From positions 13,144,001 to 13,208,000 of the forward strand of contig OZ024757.1 in assembly GCA_964016885.1 (NCBI GenBank): a stretch of DNA of 64,000 bases, read 5' to 3'. This DNA comes from Eledone cirrhosa. Lineage: Eukaryota. The position numbers and the translations under genes are program-made. Positions 1 to 15,269 of the stretch are shown here, piece after piece. Below the pieces are notes generated by a model, which did not search any database, was not told where the DNA came from, and was given only the letters and a program-made list of their open reading frames with translations. The stretch's first letter is position 1; each line of letters begins with the position of its first letter.

Positions 1-1387
1 AGTCATAGACATAATCCCCAACACCAAACCTTAGACTTAGACTTAGACCTAAATCCAAAGCCTTAGAATTAAAATTAAACCCCATCCCGAATCCTTAGAC
101 TTAGACTTAAACCCGAACCCCAAGCCTTAGACATAGACTTAAACTCCAACCCCAAGCTTTAGACATCGACATAAACCCCAACCACAAGCATTAGACTTAG
201 AACTAAACCCGAACCCCAAGTATTAGACTTAGACTTACATCCCGACATTAAGTCTTAGACTTAGATTTAAACCCCAAGCCATAGACATAGATTTAAACCC
301 CAACCTCAAGCCTTAGACGTAGACTTAAAACCCAACACAAAGCCTTAGACTTAGACTTGAACACCAACCCCAAGCCTTAGACTTAGACTTACACCTCGAC
401 CCCCAAGCTTTAGACTTAGATTAAATACCAATCCCAGGCCTTAGTTTTAGAATTAATCCTCAACCCAAAGCCTTAGTCATAGACATAATCCCCAACACCA
501 AGCCTTAGACTTAGACTTAAACCCCCAAACCAAGCCTTAGACTTAGACTTAAACGTCAACCCAAAGCCTTAGACATAGACTTAAAACCCAACCACGAGCC
601 TTAGACTTAGACTTAAACCTAAAATCAGAGCCTTAGAATTAAACTCAAACCCAACCCTAAGCCTTAGACTTAGACTTAAACCCGAACCCCAAGCCTTAGA
701 CTTAGACTTAATACCTTACATTAAGCATTAGACTTAGACTTACACCCCAAGCACAAGTCTTAGACTTAGACTTGAACGCCAACCACAAGCATAAGACTTA
801 TACTGAAACCCCAACCCCAAGCTTTAGATTTAGACGTAATCCCCAACTACAAGCCTTAGAATTAAACGATAAACACAAGCCATAGACATAAACCCAAACG
901 CCAAGCCTTAGACTTAGACTTAAACCCCAACACAAAGCCTTAGACTTAGACTTAAACCCCAACACCAAGCCACAGACTTAGACTTAAACCCCAACCCTTA
1001 GACGTAAACTTAAACTTAGATATAGACTTAAACTCCAACCTCAAGTCTCAGACATAGACTTAAACCCCAACCCTTAGACTTAGACTTTAACCACAACCCC
1101 AAGCCTTAGACTTAGATTTTAAACCCCAATCCCAATCCTGAGACTTAGAGTTAAACCCTAACCCCAAGCCTTAGACTTAAACACCAACTCCAAGCCTTAG
1201 ACTTAGACTTAAACCCCAACCCCAAGTTTAGACTTTGACATAAAACCTAACCACAAGCCTTAGACTTAGATTTAAACCCCAAGCCATAGACATATATTTA
1301 AATCCCAACCTCAAGACTTAGACGTAGACGTAAACCCTTACACAAAGCCTTAGTCTTAGACTTGAACACCAACCCCAAGCCTTAGAC
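1..1387 (+). repeat. Near-identical dispersed duplicate, copy A (partner 21916-23270), open at the window start
   Basis: AGTCATAGACATAATCCCCAACACCAAACC occurs at 1 and 21916 and the copies stay collinear. I saw one SNP (A624/C22539) and one 32-bp monomer at ~930-960 missing from copy B (offset changes from 21915 to 21883). Confidence 0.93.
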
Positions 1388-1576
1388 GAGACTTAAACCC
1401 CAACCACAAGCATTAGACTTAGACTTAAACCCCAGCACTATGCCTTAGATTTAGACTTAAACTCCAACCCCAAGCCTTAGATGAGACTTAAACCCCAACC
1501 ACAAGCATTAGACTTAGACTTAAACCCCAGCACTATGCCTTAGATTTAGACTTAAACTCCAACCCCAAGCCTTAGA
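1388..1576 (+). repeat. 95-bp (3-monomer) tandem duplication
   Basis: GAGACTTAAACCCCAACCACAAGCATTAG...CCCCAGCACTATGCC starts at both 1388 and 1483. Confidence 0.9.
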
Positions 1577-4500
1577 CATAGACTTAAACCCCAACCCCAA
1601 GTTTTGACATCGACATAAACCCCAACCACAAGCATTAGACTTAGACTTAAACCACAACCCCAAGCCTTAGACATAGACTTAAAACCCAACATTAAGCCTT
1701 AGACTTAGACTTAAACCACAAGCCAAAGACATAGATTTAAACTCCAACCCCAAGCCTTAGATTTAGACTTGAACCCCAACCCCAAGTCTTAGACTTAGAC
1801 TTAAACCCAAGCCTTAGACTTAGACTTAAACCCCAACTCCAAGCCTTAGAATTAAACCTTAACCCCAACTCCAAGCCTTAGAATAAAACCTTAACCACAA
1901 GGCTTAGACATAAACTCCAACCCCAAGCTTAAGACTTAGACTTAAACACCAACTCCTAGCCTTAGGCTTAAACTTAAAACCCGAACCCCTAGCCTTTGAC
2001 TTAGATTTAAACCCAAGCCTTGGACTTAGACTTCAACCTCAATACCAAGCCTTAGACTTAAACCCCAAACCCAAGCTTTAGACTTAGGCTTAAACCCCAA
2101 CCACCAAGCCTTAGACTTAAATCCCAACCCAAAGTCTTAGACTTAGACTTAACCCCAAACCCAAAGCCTTAGACTTAGACATAAACCCCAAGACATAGTC
2201 ATAGATTTAAACCCCAACCTCAAGTCTTAGACGTAGACTTAAACCCCAACCCCAAGCTTTAGACATCGACATAAACGTCAATCACAAGCATTAGACTTAG
2301 ACGTAAACCCCAACCCAAGCCTTAGATTTAGACTTAAAACCCAAAATTAAGCCTTAGACTTAGACTTAAACCCCAAGCCATAGACATAGTTTTAAACCCC
2401 ACCCCAAGCCTTAGACTTAGACTTGAACCCCAACCCCAAGTCTTAGACTTAGACTTAAACCTCAACCACTAGCCTTAGACGTAAATTTAAACCCCAAGCC
2501 CAACCTTTGACTTAGACTTAAACCCAAGCCTTAGATTTAGACTTAAACCCCAACACCAAGTCTTAGACATAAAGCCTAACGACAAGCCTTAGACTTAGGC
2601 TTAAACCCCAACTCCAAGCCTTAGAATTAAACCATAACCACAAGGCTTAGACATAAACCCCAACTCCTAGCCTTAGACTTAGACTTAAACCCCAACTCCA
2701 AGACTTAGACCTAGAATTAAACCCCAACCACAAGCCTTATGCATAGACTTAAACCACAACACCAAGCCTTAGAATTAAACACCAAGACTTATTCTTAAAA
2801 CCGAACCCGAACCCCAAGCCTTAGCCCAACCCGTAAACTTAAACCCCAACCCCATACCTTAGATTTAGGCTTAAAGTCAAACGCCAAGCCTTAGACAAGA
2901 CTTAAAATCCAACCCAAGGCCTTAGACATAGACTAAAACCCTAAACTCAAGCTTTAAACATCGACATAAACACCAAAGACAAGCATTAGACTTAGACTTA
3001 AACCCCAATCCCAAGCCTTGGATTTAGACTTGAACCCCAACCCCAAGCCTTAAACTTAGACTTAAACCCCAACTCCAAGTCTTAGATTTAAACATAACCA
3101 CAAGGCTTAGACATAAAACCCAAACCCAAGCCTTAGATTTAGACTTAAACACCAACTCCTAGCCTGACATTTAAACTTAAACCTCAACCACAAGCTTTTG
3201 ACTTAGACTTAAACCCAAGCCTTAGACTTAGACTTAAATCCCAACACCAAGCCTTAGACATAAACCCTAACCCCAAGCCTTAGGCTTAAACCCCAACCCA
3301 CAAGCCTTAGACTTAAACCCCAACCCAAATTCTTAGATTTAGACTTAACCCCAAACCCAAAGCCTTAGACTTAGACATAAACCTTAAGGCATATACATAC
3401 ATTTAAACCCCAACCTCAAGACTTAGACTTAGACTTAAACCCCAACCCCAAACTTTAGACTTAGACGTAATCCCCAACTTAGAATTAAAAAATAACCACC
3501 AGCCTTAGACTTAAACCCAAACGCCAATACTTAGACTTAAACCCCAGACCACAAACAAATCCTTAGCCTTAGACTTAAATCCAAACCCAATGACTTAGAC
3601 TTAAACCCCAGACACAAGTCTTAGACATAGTTTAAAACCCAATCCCAAGCCTTAGACATAGTTTAAAACCCCAACCACAAACCTTAGACCTAGACATGAA
3701 CCCCAACTCCTAGCCTTAGACTTAAAGTTAGACCCCAACACCAAGCTTTTGTCTTAGACTTAAACCTCAACAGCAAGCCTTAGACCTAGACTTAAACCCC
3801 AGCACCAACACTTAGACTTAAACCCCAACCACAAGCCATAGACTTACACTTAAACCCCAAACCCAAGCCTTTGAGTTTGACTTAAACCCAACCCCAAGAC
3901 TTAGACATACACTTAAACCTCTACCCAAAGCCTTAGAATTAGATATAAATACCAACACCAGGCCTTAGACTTAGACTTAAACCACAACCCAAAGCCTTAG
4001 TCATAGACATAATCCCCGAGCCAAAGCCTTAGACATAGTCTTAAACCTCAACCCGAAGCTTTAGACTTAGACTTAAACCCCAACCTCTAGAATTAGACTT
4101 AGACTTAAACCCCAACTTCAAGCCTCAGAATTAAACCCCCAACCAAAAGCCTTAGACTTTGACTTAAACACCAACTCCTAGCCTTAGACTTAGAATTAAA
4201 CCCTAACAACAAGCCTTAGACTTAAAACCTAACCCCAAGCCTTAGCCCAACCCGTAAACGTAAACCCCAACCCAAAGATTAGATTTAGACTTAAACCACA
4301 ACCCCAAGCCTTAGACATAGACTTAAACCCCAATCCCAAGCCTTAGACGTAGACTTAAACCTCTACCCAAAGACTTAGAATTAGACTAAAACCCTAAACC
4401 GAAGCTTTAGACTTAAACTTAAACCCTATCCCGAAGCCTTAGACTTAGACTTAAACCCCAAACCCAAGCCTTAGACATAGACTTAAACTTCAACCCAAAC

Positions 4501-7500
4501 CCTTAGAGTTAGACTTAAACCCCAACCCCAAGCCTTAGACTTAGACTTACACCCCAACCCCAAAACTGAGACTTAGACTTAAACCCCAACCCCAAGTTTA
4601 GACTTCGACATAAAACCCAACCACAAGACTTGAACCCCAAGCCTTAGACTTAGACTTGAACCCCAAGCCCAAGCCTAAGACTTAGAATTAAAATCCAAGC
4701 ACTAGCATTAGACTTAGACTTAAACTCCAAGCCATAGACATAGATTTAAACCCCAACCTCAAGACTTAGACTTAGACTTAAACCCCAAGCCCAAATTTTG
4801 AGTTTGACTTAAACCCAACCCCAAGACTTAGACATACACTTAAACCTCAACCCAAAGCCTTAGACTTAGATTTAAACCCCAACCCCAAGCCTTAGATTTA
4901 GACTTAAACAACAACTCCAGGCCTTAGACTTAAATCCTAACCCCAACCCTTACACTTAGACTTAAACCCCAACCAAAAGGCTTAGACTTAGACTTAAATC
5001 CCAACCCCAAGTTTAGACTTCGACTTAAAACCCAACCACAAGACTTAAACCCCAACCCCAAGCCTTAGAATTAGACTTGAACCCCAACCCCAAGCCTAAG
5101 ACTCAGACTTGAACCCCAACCTCAAGCCTTAGACTTAGACTTAAACCCCTACCTCTAGCATTAGACTTAGACTTAAACCCCAACTCCAAGCCTCAGAATT
5201 AAATCATAACCACAAGCCTTAGACATAAACCCCATCCCCAAGCCTTAGACTTTGACTTAAAACACAACCCAAAGGCTTAATCATGGATATAATCCCCAAC
5301 ACCAAGCCTTAGACTTAGACTTAAACCCGAACCCCAAGCCTTAGACTTAGACTTAATCCCCAGCATTAAGCTTTAGACTTAATCCCCAACTACAAGCCTT
5401 AGACTTAGACTTACACCCCGACACAAAGCCTTAGCGTTAGACTTGAAGATCGAGCGCAAGCGTTAGACTTAGATTTGAACCCCAACCAAAAGCATAAGAC
5501 TTAGACATAAAGCCCAACTCCAGGCCTTAGACTTAAACCCTAACCCCAACCCTAAACTTGGACTTAAACCCCAACTCCAAGACAGACTTAGACTTAAACC
5601 CCAACCTCAAGCCTTAGACATAGATACTAACCCCAAACCAAAGCCTTAGACTTAGAATTAAACCCCAACCTTAAGCCTTATACATAGACTTAAACCACAA
5701 CACCACAAGCCTTAGAATTAAACCCTAACAACAAGACTTAGACTTAAAACCTAACCCCAACCCCATCCCTTAGATTTAGAGACCAACACCAAGCCTTAGT
5801 CGTAGACTTAAACCCCTACCCAAAGCCTTAGAATTAGACTTAAACCCCAAACCGAAGCTTTACACTTAAACTTAAGCCCTAACCCCAAGCCTTAGACTTA
5901 TCCTTGAACCCCAACCCCAAACCTTAGAGTTAAACACCAACCACTAGAATTAGACTTAGACTTAAACTCCAAGACATAGACATAGATTTAAATCCCAGCT
6001 TCAAACCTTACACTTAGACTTACTCCCCAAACCCAAGCCTTAGACGTAAACTTAAATCCCAACTCCAATACTTAGACTTAGACTTAAACCACAACCCCAA
6101 GCCTTAGAATTAAACCCTAACAACAAGCCTTAGACTTAAAACCTAACCCCAAGCATTAGCCCAACCCGTAAACCTAAACCCCAACCCAAAGCCTTAGATT
6201 TAGACTTAAACCCCAACCACAAGCATTAGACTTAGACTTACCCCAACCACTAGCATTAGACTTAGACTTAAACTCCAAGCCATAGACATAGATTTAAACG
6301 CCAACTTCAAGACTTAGAATAAGACTTAAACCCCAGCTCCAAGGCTTAGACTTAGACTTAAACCCCAACCCCAAGATTTAGACTTAGACTTAAACCCCAA
6401 ACCCAAGCCTTTGACTTAAACTTAAACCTCAACCCCAAGGCTTAGACATAGATTTAAACGCCAAACCCAAGCCTTAGACTTAGATTTAAACCTCAACCCC
6501 AGGCCTTAGACTTAGACTTAAATCACAACCCAAAGCCTTAGACATAGATTTAATCCCCAACACCAAGCCTTAGAGATAGACTAAACCCCAACCACAAGCC
6601 TTAGACATAGACTTAAACCCCAAACCCAAGCCTTAGACTTAACTTAAAACCAAACCCCTAGCATTAGACTTATATTTAAACCCCAACAGCAAGCCTTAGA
6701 CTTAGACCCTAACCCCAAGCCTTAGACTTAAACCCCAACCCCAAGCCTTAGACTTAGGCTTAAAAATAAAACTCCAAAGCCTTACATTTAGATTTAAACC
6801 CAAAACCAAAGCCTTAGACATTGACTTAATTCCCAACCCCAACACTTAGACTTAAATACCAATCCCAAGCCTTAGACGTAGATTTAAACCTCTATACAAA
6901 GCCTTAGAATTAGACTTAAACCCCAAACCGAAGCTTTAGACTTAAACTTAAACCCTAACCGGAAGTCTTAGAGTTAGACTTAAACACCAACCCCAAGCCT
7001 TAAACTTAAACTTAAACCCCAACACCAAGGCTTAGAATTAGACTTAAACCCCAACTCCAAGACTTAGACTTAGACTTAAACCCAACCTCCAGCGTTAGAC
7101 ATAGACACTAATACCAAACCAAAGCCTTAGACTTAGAATTAAACCCCAATCCCAAGCCTTATGCATAGACATAAACCACAACACCAAGCCTTAGAATTAA
7201 ACCCTAACAACAAGACTTACTCCTAAAACCGAACCCCAACACCATGTCTTAGATTTAGACTTAAACTCCAAACCGAAGCCTCAGACATCGACTTAAATCC
7301 CAACCCCAAGCGTTAGACATCGACATAAACCTCAACCACAAATATTAGACATAGATTTAAACACCAACCCCAAGCCTTAGACTTAGACGTAAACCACAAG
7401 TCATAGACATAGATTAAAACTCCAACCCCAAGACTTAGACTTAGACTTGAACCCCCACCACAAGTTTTTGACTTAGACTTAAACCCCAACAACAAGCCTT

Positions 7501-10500
7501 AGACATAAACCCTGCCCTCAAGCCTTAGGCTTAAACCCCAACTCCAAGCCTTAGAATTAAACCATAACCACAAGGCTTAGACATAAACCCAACCCCAAGC
7601 CTTAGACTTAGACTTAAACACCAATTCCTATCCTTAGACTTAAACTTAAACTCCAACCACAAGCCTTTGACTTAGATTAAACCCAAGCCTTAGAGTTAGA
7701 CTTAAACCCCAACACCAAGCCTTAGACATGAACTCCAACCTCAAACTTTAGAGTTAGGTTTAAACCCCAACCCCCAAGCCTTAGACTTAAACCCCAACCC
7801 AAAGACTTAGACGTAGACTTAACCCCAAACCCAAAGCCTTAGACTTAGAATAAACCCCAAGCTATAGACTCATATTTAAACCCCATCCTCAAGACGTAGA
7901 CTTAGACTTAAATGCCAACCCCAAGCCTTTGATTTCGACATAAAACCCAACCACAAGTCTAAGACATTGACATAAACCCCAACCTTAAGCCTTAGACATA
8001 GATTTAAACCCCAAGCCATAGACATAGATTTAAACCCCTACCTGAAGCCTTAGACGTAGACTTAAACCCCAACCCCAAGCCTTAGACTTTGACTTAATCC
8101 CCAACATTAAGCTTTAGACTTAGAATTTAACCCAAAGCTTAAACATAGATTTAAACCCCAACCACAAGCCTTAGACTTAGACTTACACCCCAAGCCCAAG
8201 TCTTAGAGTTACACTTGAAGATCAAGCGCAAGCGTTAGACTTAGACTTGAACCCCAACCACAAGCATAAGACTTAAACTTAAATCCCAACCACAAGCCTT
8301 AGTCGTAGACTTAAACCTCTACCCTAAGCCTTGGAATACGACTTAAACCCCAAACCGAAGCTTTAGACTTAAACTTAAACCCTAACCCCAAGCCTTAGAC
8401 TTAGACTTAAACCCCAACCCCAAGCCTTAGACTTAGACTTAAAGCCCAACTCCAGGCCTTAGACTTAAACTCTAACCCCAACCCTTAAACTGAGACTTAA
8501 ATCGCAACCCCAAGGCTTAGACTTTGATATAAGCCACAACCCCCAACCTTAGGCTTAGACTTACACCCCATTCCCTATCGTTAGACGTAAACTTAAACCC
8601 CAACCCAAAGTCTTAGACTTAGACTTAACCCCAAGTTCAAAGCCTTAGACTTAGACATAAACCCCAAGCCATAGACATAGATTTAAACCCCAACCTCAAC
8701 ACTTAGACTTAGACTTAAACCCAAACCCCAAAATTTAGACTTAGCGTAATCCCCATCTATAAGATTTAGGATTAAAACATAACAACCAGCCTTAGACTTA
8801 AAACAAAGCCTTAGGCTTAGACTTAAACCCAAATACAATGCCTTAGACTTAAACCCCAAGCCTTAGACTTAAACTCCTAGCCTTAGATTTAAAGTTAAAC
8901 CTCAACCCCAAGCCGTAGACTTAGACTTAATCCGGAACCCCAAGCCGTACACTTAGATTTAAATCACAACAACAAGCGTTAGTTTAGAGTTAAACCCCAA
9001 AACGCAAGCCTTAGACATAGACTTAAACCCCAACCCCAAGCCTTAGACTTAGACTTAAACCCCAACTTTAAGCCTTAGACGTAGACTTAAACCACGAGCC
9101 ATAGACATATATTGAAACCCCAACCCCAAGCCTTAGACTTAGACTTGAACCCCATCCCCAAGTCTTAGACTTAAAGCCCAACTCCAAGCCTTAGAATTAA
9201 ACCATAAACGCCAATCCAAAGGCTTAGACTTAGAATTAAACCCAAACCCAAGCCTTAGAATTAGACTAAAATCCGTTCCTCAAACCCCAACCCCAACCCT
9301 TAGATTTGGACTTAAATCCCAACACCAAGCTTTTGACTTAGACGTAATCCCCAACTACAAGCCTTAGAATTAAACCACAAACACAAGCCTTAGACTTAAA
9401 CCCAAACGCCAAGCCTTAGACTTAGACTTAAATCCCAACACAAAGCCTTAGACTTAGACTTAAACCCGAACCCAAGCTTCAGACTTAGACTTAAAGCCCA
9501 ACCCTTAGACTTAGACTAAAGCCCAACCCCTAGCCTTAGACGTAAACTTAAACCCCAACCCCTAAACTTAGACTTAAACTCTAACCACAAGCCTTAGACT
9601 TAGATGTTAACCTCAACCCTTAACCTAAGCCTTAGACTTAGACTTAAACCCCAACTCCAAGTTTCAGACTTAGACTTAAACCCCAAATCTTAGACTTAGA
9701 CTAAACCCCAACCCATAGCATTAGACGTAAACTTAAAATTAGACTTAGACTTAAACCACAAACTCAAGCCTTAGACTTAGATTTGAACCCCAACTACAAG
9801 CTTTAGACTTAGACTTAAACCCCAACCCCAAAGGTTAGACTTAGATTTGAACCCCAACTCCTGGCCTTAGACTTAGTCTTAAACCCCAATCCCAAGCCTC
9901 AGACTTAGACTTAAACCACGACCACAAGCCTTAGACTTAGATTTTAAACCCTAATCCCAATCCTGAGACTTAGACTTATACCCAAACCCCAAGCATTAGA
10001 CATAGACTTAAACCTTAACCCCAAGCCATAGACTTAGACGTAAAGACCAACCACAAGCCTTAGACATAGACTTAAACCCCAATCCCAAGCCTTAGACTTA
10101 AACTTAAAACCCAACCACTAGAATTAGACTTAGATTTAAAACCCAACCTTAGACATAGACTTAAATCCCAACCCCAACACTTGGACTTAAACCCCAATAC
10201 CAAGCCTTAGACATAGACTTACACCTCAACCCAAACCCTTAGACTTAGACTTAAACGCCAACCCCAAGCCTTAGACGTAAACTTAAGCCCCAACTCCAAG
10301 ACTTAGATTTAGATTTAAACCCCAACCTCAAGCCTTAGACTTAGACTTAAACCCTAACTCCTAGCCTTAGACTTAAACTTAAATGCCAACCCAAGCATTA
10401 GACTTAGACAAAAACGCCAACAAAAAGGCTTAGACTTAGACATAAGCCCCAATACCAACCCTTAGACTTACACTTAAACCCCAATAACAAGTCTTAGACG

Positions 10501-10520
10501 TAGACTTAAACCCCAACCTT

Positions 10521-13500
10521 AAGCCTTATACTTAGATTTAAACACCAAGCCATATACATAGATTTAAACCGCAACCACAAGACTTAGGCTTAGACTTACA
10601 CCCCAAGCCCAAACCTTAGAGTTAGACTTGAAGCTCAAGCGCAAGCGTTAGACTTAGACTTAAACCCCAACCACAAGCCTTAGTCGTAGTCTTCAACCTC
10701 TACCCAAAGCTTTAGACTTAGAATTAAACCCCATCCCCAAGTCTTAGACTTAGATTTAAAGCCCAACTCCAGGCCTTAGACTTAAACTCTAACCCCAACA
10801 ATTAAACATAGATTTAAACCCCAACCACTATGTTTAGACTTAGACTTAATCCCCAACATTAAGCTTTAGACTTAAACTGAAACCCCAGGACTTAGACATA
10901 GATTTAAACCGCAACCAAAAGCCTTAGACTTAGACTTATACACCAAGCTCAAGGCTTTGAGTTAGACTTGAAGATCAAGCTCAATTGTTAGACTTACATT
11001 TGAACCCCAACCACAAGCATAAGACTTAGAATTAAATACCAAACCCAAGCCTTAGGCGTAGACTTAAACCTCTACCCAAAGCCTTAGAATTAGACTTAAA
11101 CCCCAAACCTAAGCTTTAGACTTTAACTTAAACCCTAACCCCAAGCCTTAGACTTAGACGTAAACCACAACCCCAAGCCTTAGACATTGACTTAAACCTC
11201 AACCCAAAGCCTTAGACTTAGACTTAAACCTCAACCCCAAGCCTTAGACGTAGACACTAACCCCAAACCAAAGCCTTAGACTTAGAATTAAACCCCAACC
11301 CCAAGCCTTATACATAGACTTAAACCACAACCCAGCAAGCCTTAGAATTAAACCCTAACAACAAGACTTAGATTAAAACCTAACCCCAACCCCAAGCCTT
11401 AGCCCAACACGTAAACTTAAACCCCAACCCCAAGCCTTAGATTTAGACTTAATCTCCAAACCCAAGCCTTAGAAATAGACTTAAACCCCAACCACAAGAT
11501 TTAGACATCGACATAAACCCCAACCACAAGAATTAGACATAGACTTAAACCCCAACCCCAAGCTTTAGAGTTAGACTTAAACCCCAACATTAAGCCTTAG
11601 ACTTAGCCTTAAAGCCCAAGCCATAGACATAGATTTAAATCCCAACCCCAAGCCTTAGACTTAGACTTGAACCCCATCCCCAAGTCTTAGACTTAGACTT
11701 AAATCCCAACCACTAGGATTAGACTTAGACTTAAACCCCAACTCTAAGCCTTAGAATTAAACCATAACCACAAGCCTTAGACATAAACCCCAACACCAAG
11801 GCTGAGACTTAGGCATAAACGCCAATCCAAAGGCTTAGACTTAGACTTAAAACCCAAACCCAAGCCTTTGAATTAGACTTAGACCCGTTCCCCAAACCCC
11901 AACACCAAGCCTCAGAATAGATTTAAACTCAAACATTAAGCCCCAGACTTAGACATAAACACTAAGACATAGACTTAGACGTAATCCCCAACTACAAGCC
12001 TTAGAATTAAACCATAGACACAAGCCTTAGACTTAAACCCAAACGCCAAGCCTCAGACTTAGAATTAAACCGCAAACCAAAACCTTAGACTTAGACTAAA
12101 ACCCAACTCCTAGCCTAAGACTTAGACTTAAACCCTAACCACAAGCCTTAGACTTAGATTTTAACCCCAACCCAAAGCCTTAGATTTAGACTTAAACCCC
12201 AACCCCAAGCCTCAGACTTAGACTTAAACCCCAACCTTTAGAGGTAAACTTAAACTTAGATATAGACTTAAACCCCAACATCAAGCCTTAGATTAAGACT
12301 TGAACCCCAACTCCTAGGCTTAGACTTAGACTTAAACCACAACCCCAAGCCTCAGACTTAGACTTAAAACCCAACCTTTAGACTTAGACTTAAACCCCAA
12401 CCACAAGCCTTATACTTAGATTTAAACACCAAGCCATATACATAGATTTAAACCGCAACCACAAGACTTAGGCTTAGACTTACACCCCAAGCCCAAACCT
12501 TAGAGTTAGACTTGAAGCTCAAGCGCAAGCGTTAGACTTAGACTTAAACCCCAACCACAAGCCTTAGTCGTAGTCTTCAACCTCTACCCAAAGCTTTAGA
12601 CTTAGAATTAAACCCCATCCCCAAGTCTTAGACTTAGATTTAAAGCCCAACTCCAGGCCTTAGACTTAAACTCTAACCCCAACAATTAAACATAGATTTA
12701 AACCCCAACCACTATGTTTAGACTTAGACTTAATCCCCAACATTAAGCTTTAGACTTAAACTGAAACCCCAGGACTTAGACATAGATTTAAACCGCAACC
12801 AAAAGCCTTAGACTTAGACTTATACACCAAGCTCAAGGCTTTGAGTTAGACTTGAAGATCAAGCTCAATTGTTAGACTTACATTTGAACCCCAACCACAA
12901 GCATAAGACTTAGAATTAAATACCAAACCCAAGCCTTAGGCGTAGACTTAAACCTCTACCCAAAGCCTTAGAATTAGACTTAAACCCCAAACCTAAGCTT
13001 TAGACTTTAACTTAAACCCTAACCCCAAGCCTTAGACTTAGACGTAAACCACAACCCCAAGCCTTAGACATTGACTTAAACCTCAACCCAAAGCCTTAGA
13101 CTTAGACTTAAACCTCAACCCCAAGCCTTAGACGTAGACACTAACCCCAAACCAAAGCCTTAGACTTAGAATTAAACCCCAACCCCAAGCCTTATACATA
13201 GACTTAAACCACAACCCAGCAAGCCTTAGAATTAAACCCTAACAACAAGACTTAGATTAAAACCTAACCCCAACCCCAAGCCTTAGCCCAACACGTAAAC
13301 TTAAACCCCAACCCCAAGCCTTAGATTTAGACTTAATCTCCAAACCCAAGCCTTAGAAATAGACTTAAACCCCAACCACAAGATTTAGACATCGACATAA
13401 ACCCCAACCACAAGAATTAGACATAGACTTAAACCCCAACCCCAAGCTTTAGAGTTAGACTTAAACCCCAACATTAAGCCTTAGACTTAGCCTTAAAGCC

Positions 13501-14296
13501 CAAGCCATAGACATAGATTTAAATCCCAACCCCAAGCCTTAGACTTAGACTTGAACCCCATCCCCAAGTCTTAGACTTAGACTTAAATCCCAACCACTAG
13601 GATTAGACTTAGACTTAAACCCCAACTCTAAGCCTTAGAATTAAACCATAACCACAAGCCTTAGACATAAACCCCAACACCAAGGCTGAGACTTAGGCAT
13701 AAACGCCAATCCAAAGGCTTAGACTTAGACTTAAAACCCAAACCCAAGCCTTTGAATTAGACTTAGACCCGTTCCCCAAACCCCAACACCAAGCCTCAGA
13801 ATAGATTTAAACTCAAACATTAAGCCCCAGACTTAGACATAAACACTAAGACATAGACTTAGACGTAATCCCCAACTACAAGCCTTAGAATTAAACCATA
13901 GACACAAGCCTTAGACTTAAACCCAAACGCCAAGCCTCAGACTTAGAATTAAACCGCAAACCAAAACCTTAGACTTAGACTAAAACCCAACTCCTAGCCT
14001 AAGACTTAGACTTAAACCCTAACCACAAGCCTTAGACTTAGATTTTAACCCCAACCCAAAGCCTTAGATTTAGACTTAAACCCCAACCCCAAGCCTCAGA
14101 CTTAGACTTAAACCCCAACCTTTAGAGGTAAACTTAAACTTAGATATAGACTTAAACCCCAACATCAAGCCTTAGATTAAGACTTGAACCCCAACTCCTA
14201 GGCTTAGACTTAGACTTAAACCACAACCCCAAGCCTCAGACTTAGACTTAAAACCCAACCTTTAGACTTAGACTTAAACCCCAACCACAAGCCTTA
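10521..14296 (+). repeat. Higher-order tandem duplication, 2 x 1884 bp
   Basis: AAGCCTTATACTTAGATTTAAACACCAAGCCATATAC occurs at 10521 and 12405. Rare variants (GCTCAATTGTTAG, CCCGTTCCCC, GGCTGAGACTTAGGCAT) recur at +1884. No differences were noticed. Confidence 0.95.
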
Positions 14297-15269
14297 GACT
14301 TAGATTTTAAACCCCAAACCCAACCTTTAGACTTAGACTGAAACCATAACCCAAAGCCTTAGACTTAAACACCAACCACAAACCTTAGACTTAGACTTAA
14401 ACCCCAATCCCAAGTTTAGATTTCGACATAAAACCTAACCACAAGCCTTAGACTTAGACTTAAAATCCAACCTTAAGTCTTAGAGATAGATTTAAACTCC
14501 AACCTCAAGCCTTAGACGTAGACTTAAACCCCAACACAAAGCCTTAGACTTAGACTTGAACACCAACTCCTAGCCTTAGCCTTAAACTTAAACTCCAACC
14601 CCAAGCCTTAGACTTAGACTTAAACCTCGACCACCAAACCTTAGATTTAGATTTAAATACCAACCCCAGCCCTTAGACTTAGACTTAAACCACAACCCAA
14701 AGCCTTAGTCATAGACATCATCCCCAACACTAAGCCTTAGCCTTAGACCTAAACCCCAACCCCAAGCCTTAGACTCAGACTTATACCCCAACCCCAAGTT
14801 TAGACTTCGACATAAAACCCAACCACAAGCATTAGACTTAGATTTAAACCCAACCTTAAGCCTTAGACTTAAATTTAAACCCCAAGCTATAGACATAGAT
14901 TTAAACCCCAACCTCAAGCCTTAGACGTAGACTTAAACCCCAACACAAAGCCTTAGACTTAGACTTGAACACCAATCCCAAGCCTTAGATTTAGACTTAA
15001 ACCTCGACCCCCAAGTCTTAGACTTAGATTTAAATACCAACCCCAGGCCTTAGACTTAGACTTAAACGCCAACACAAAGCCTTAGACTTAGACTTGAACA
15101 CCAACTCCAAGCCTTAGAGTTAGACGTAAACCCCAACCATTACTCTTAGACTTAAACTTAAACCCCAACCACAAGCCTTAGTCGTAGTCTTAAACCTCTA
15201 CCCAAAGCCTTAGACTTAGACTTAAACCCCAACCCCAAGCCTTAGACTTAGACTTAAACCCAACTCCAG

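Noticed and set aside
7313-7495. 60-aa minus-strand ORF
   Set aside because: TTG start and a low-complexity translation of the satellite (LSLSL, GFKSK), with no coding context.
14705-14917. 70-aa minus-strand ORF
   Set aside because: Chance stop-free run in repeat-derived sequence; the peptide mirrors the monomer.
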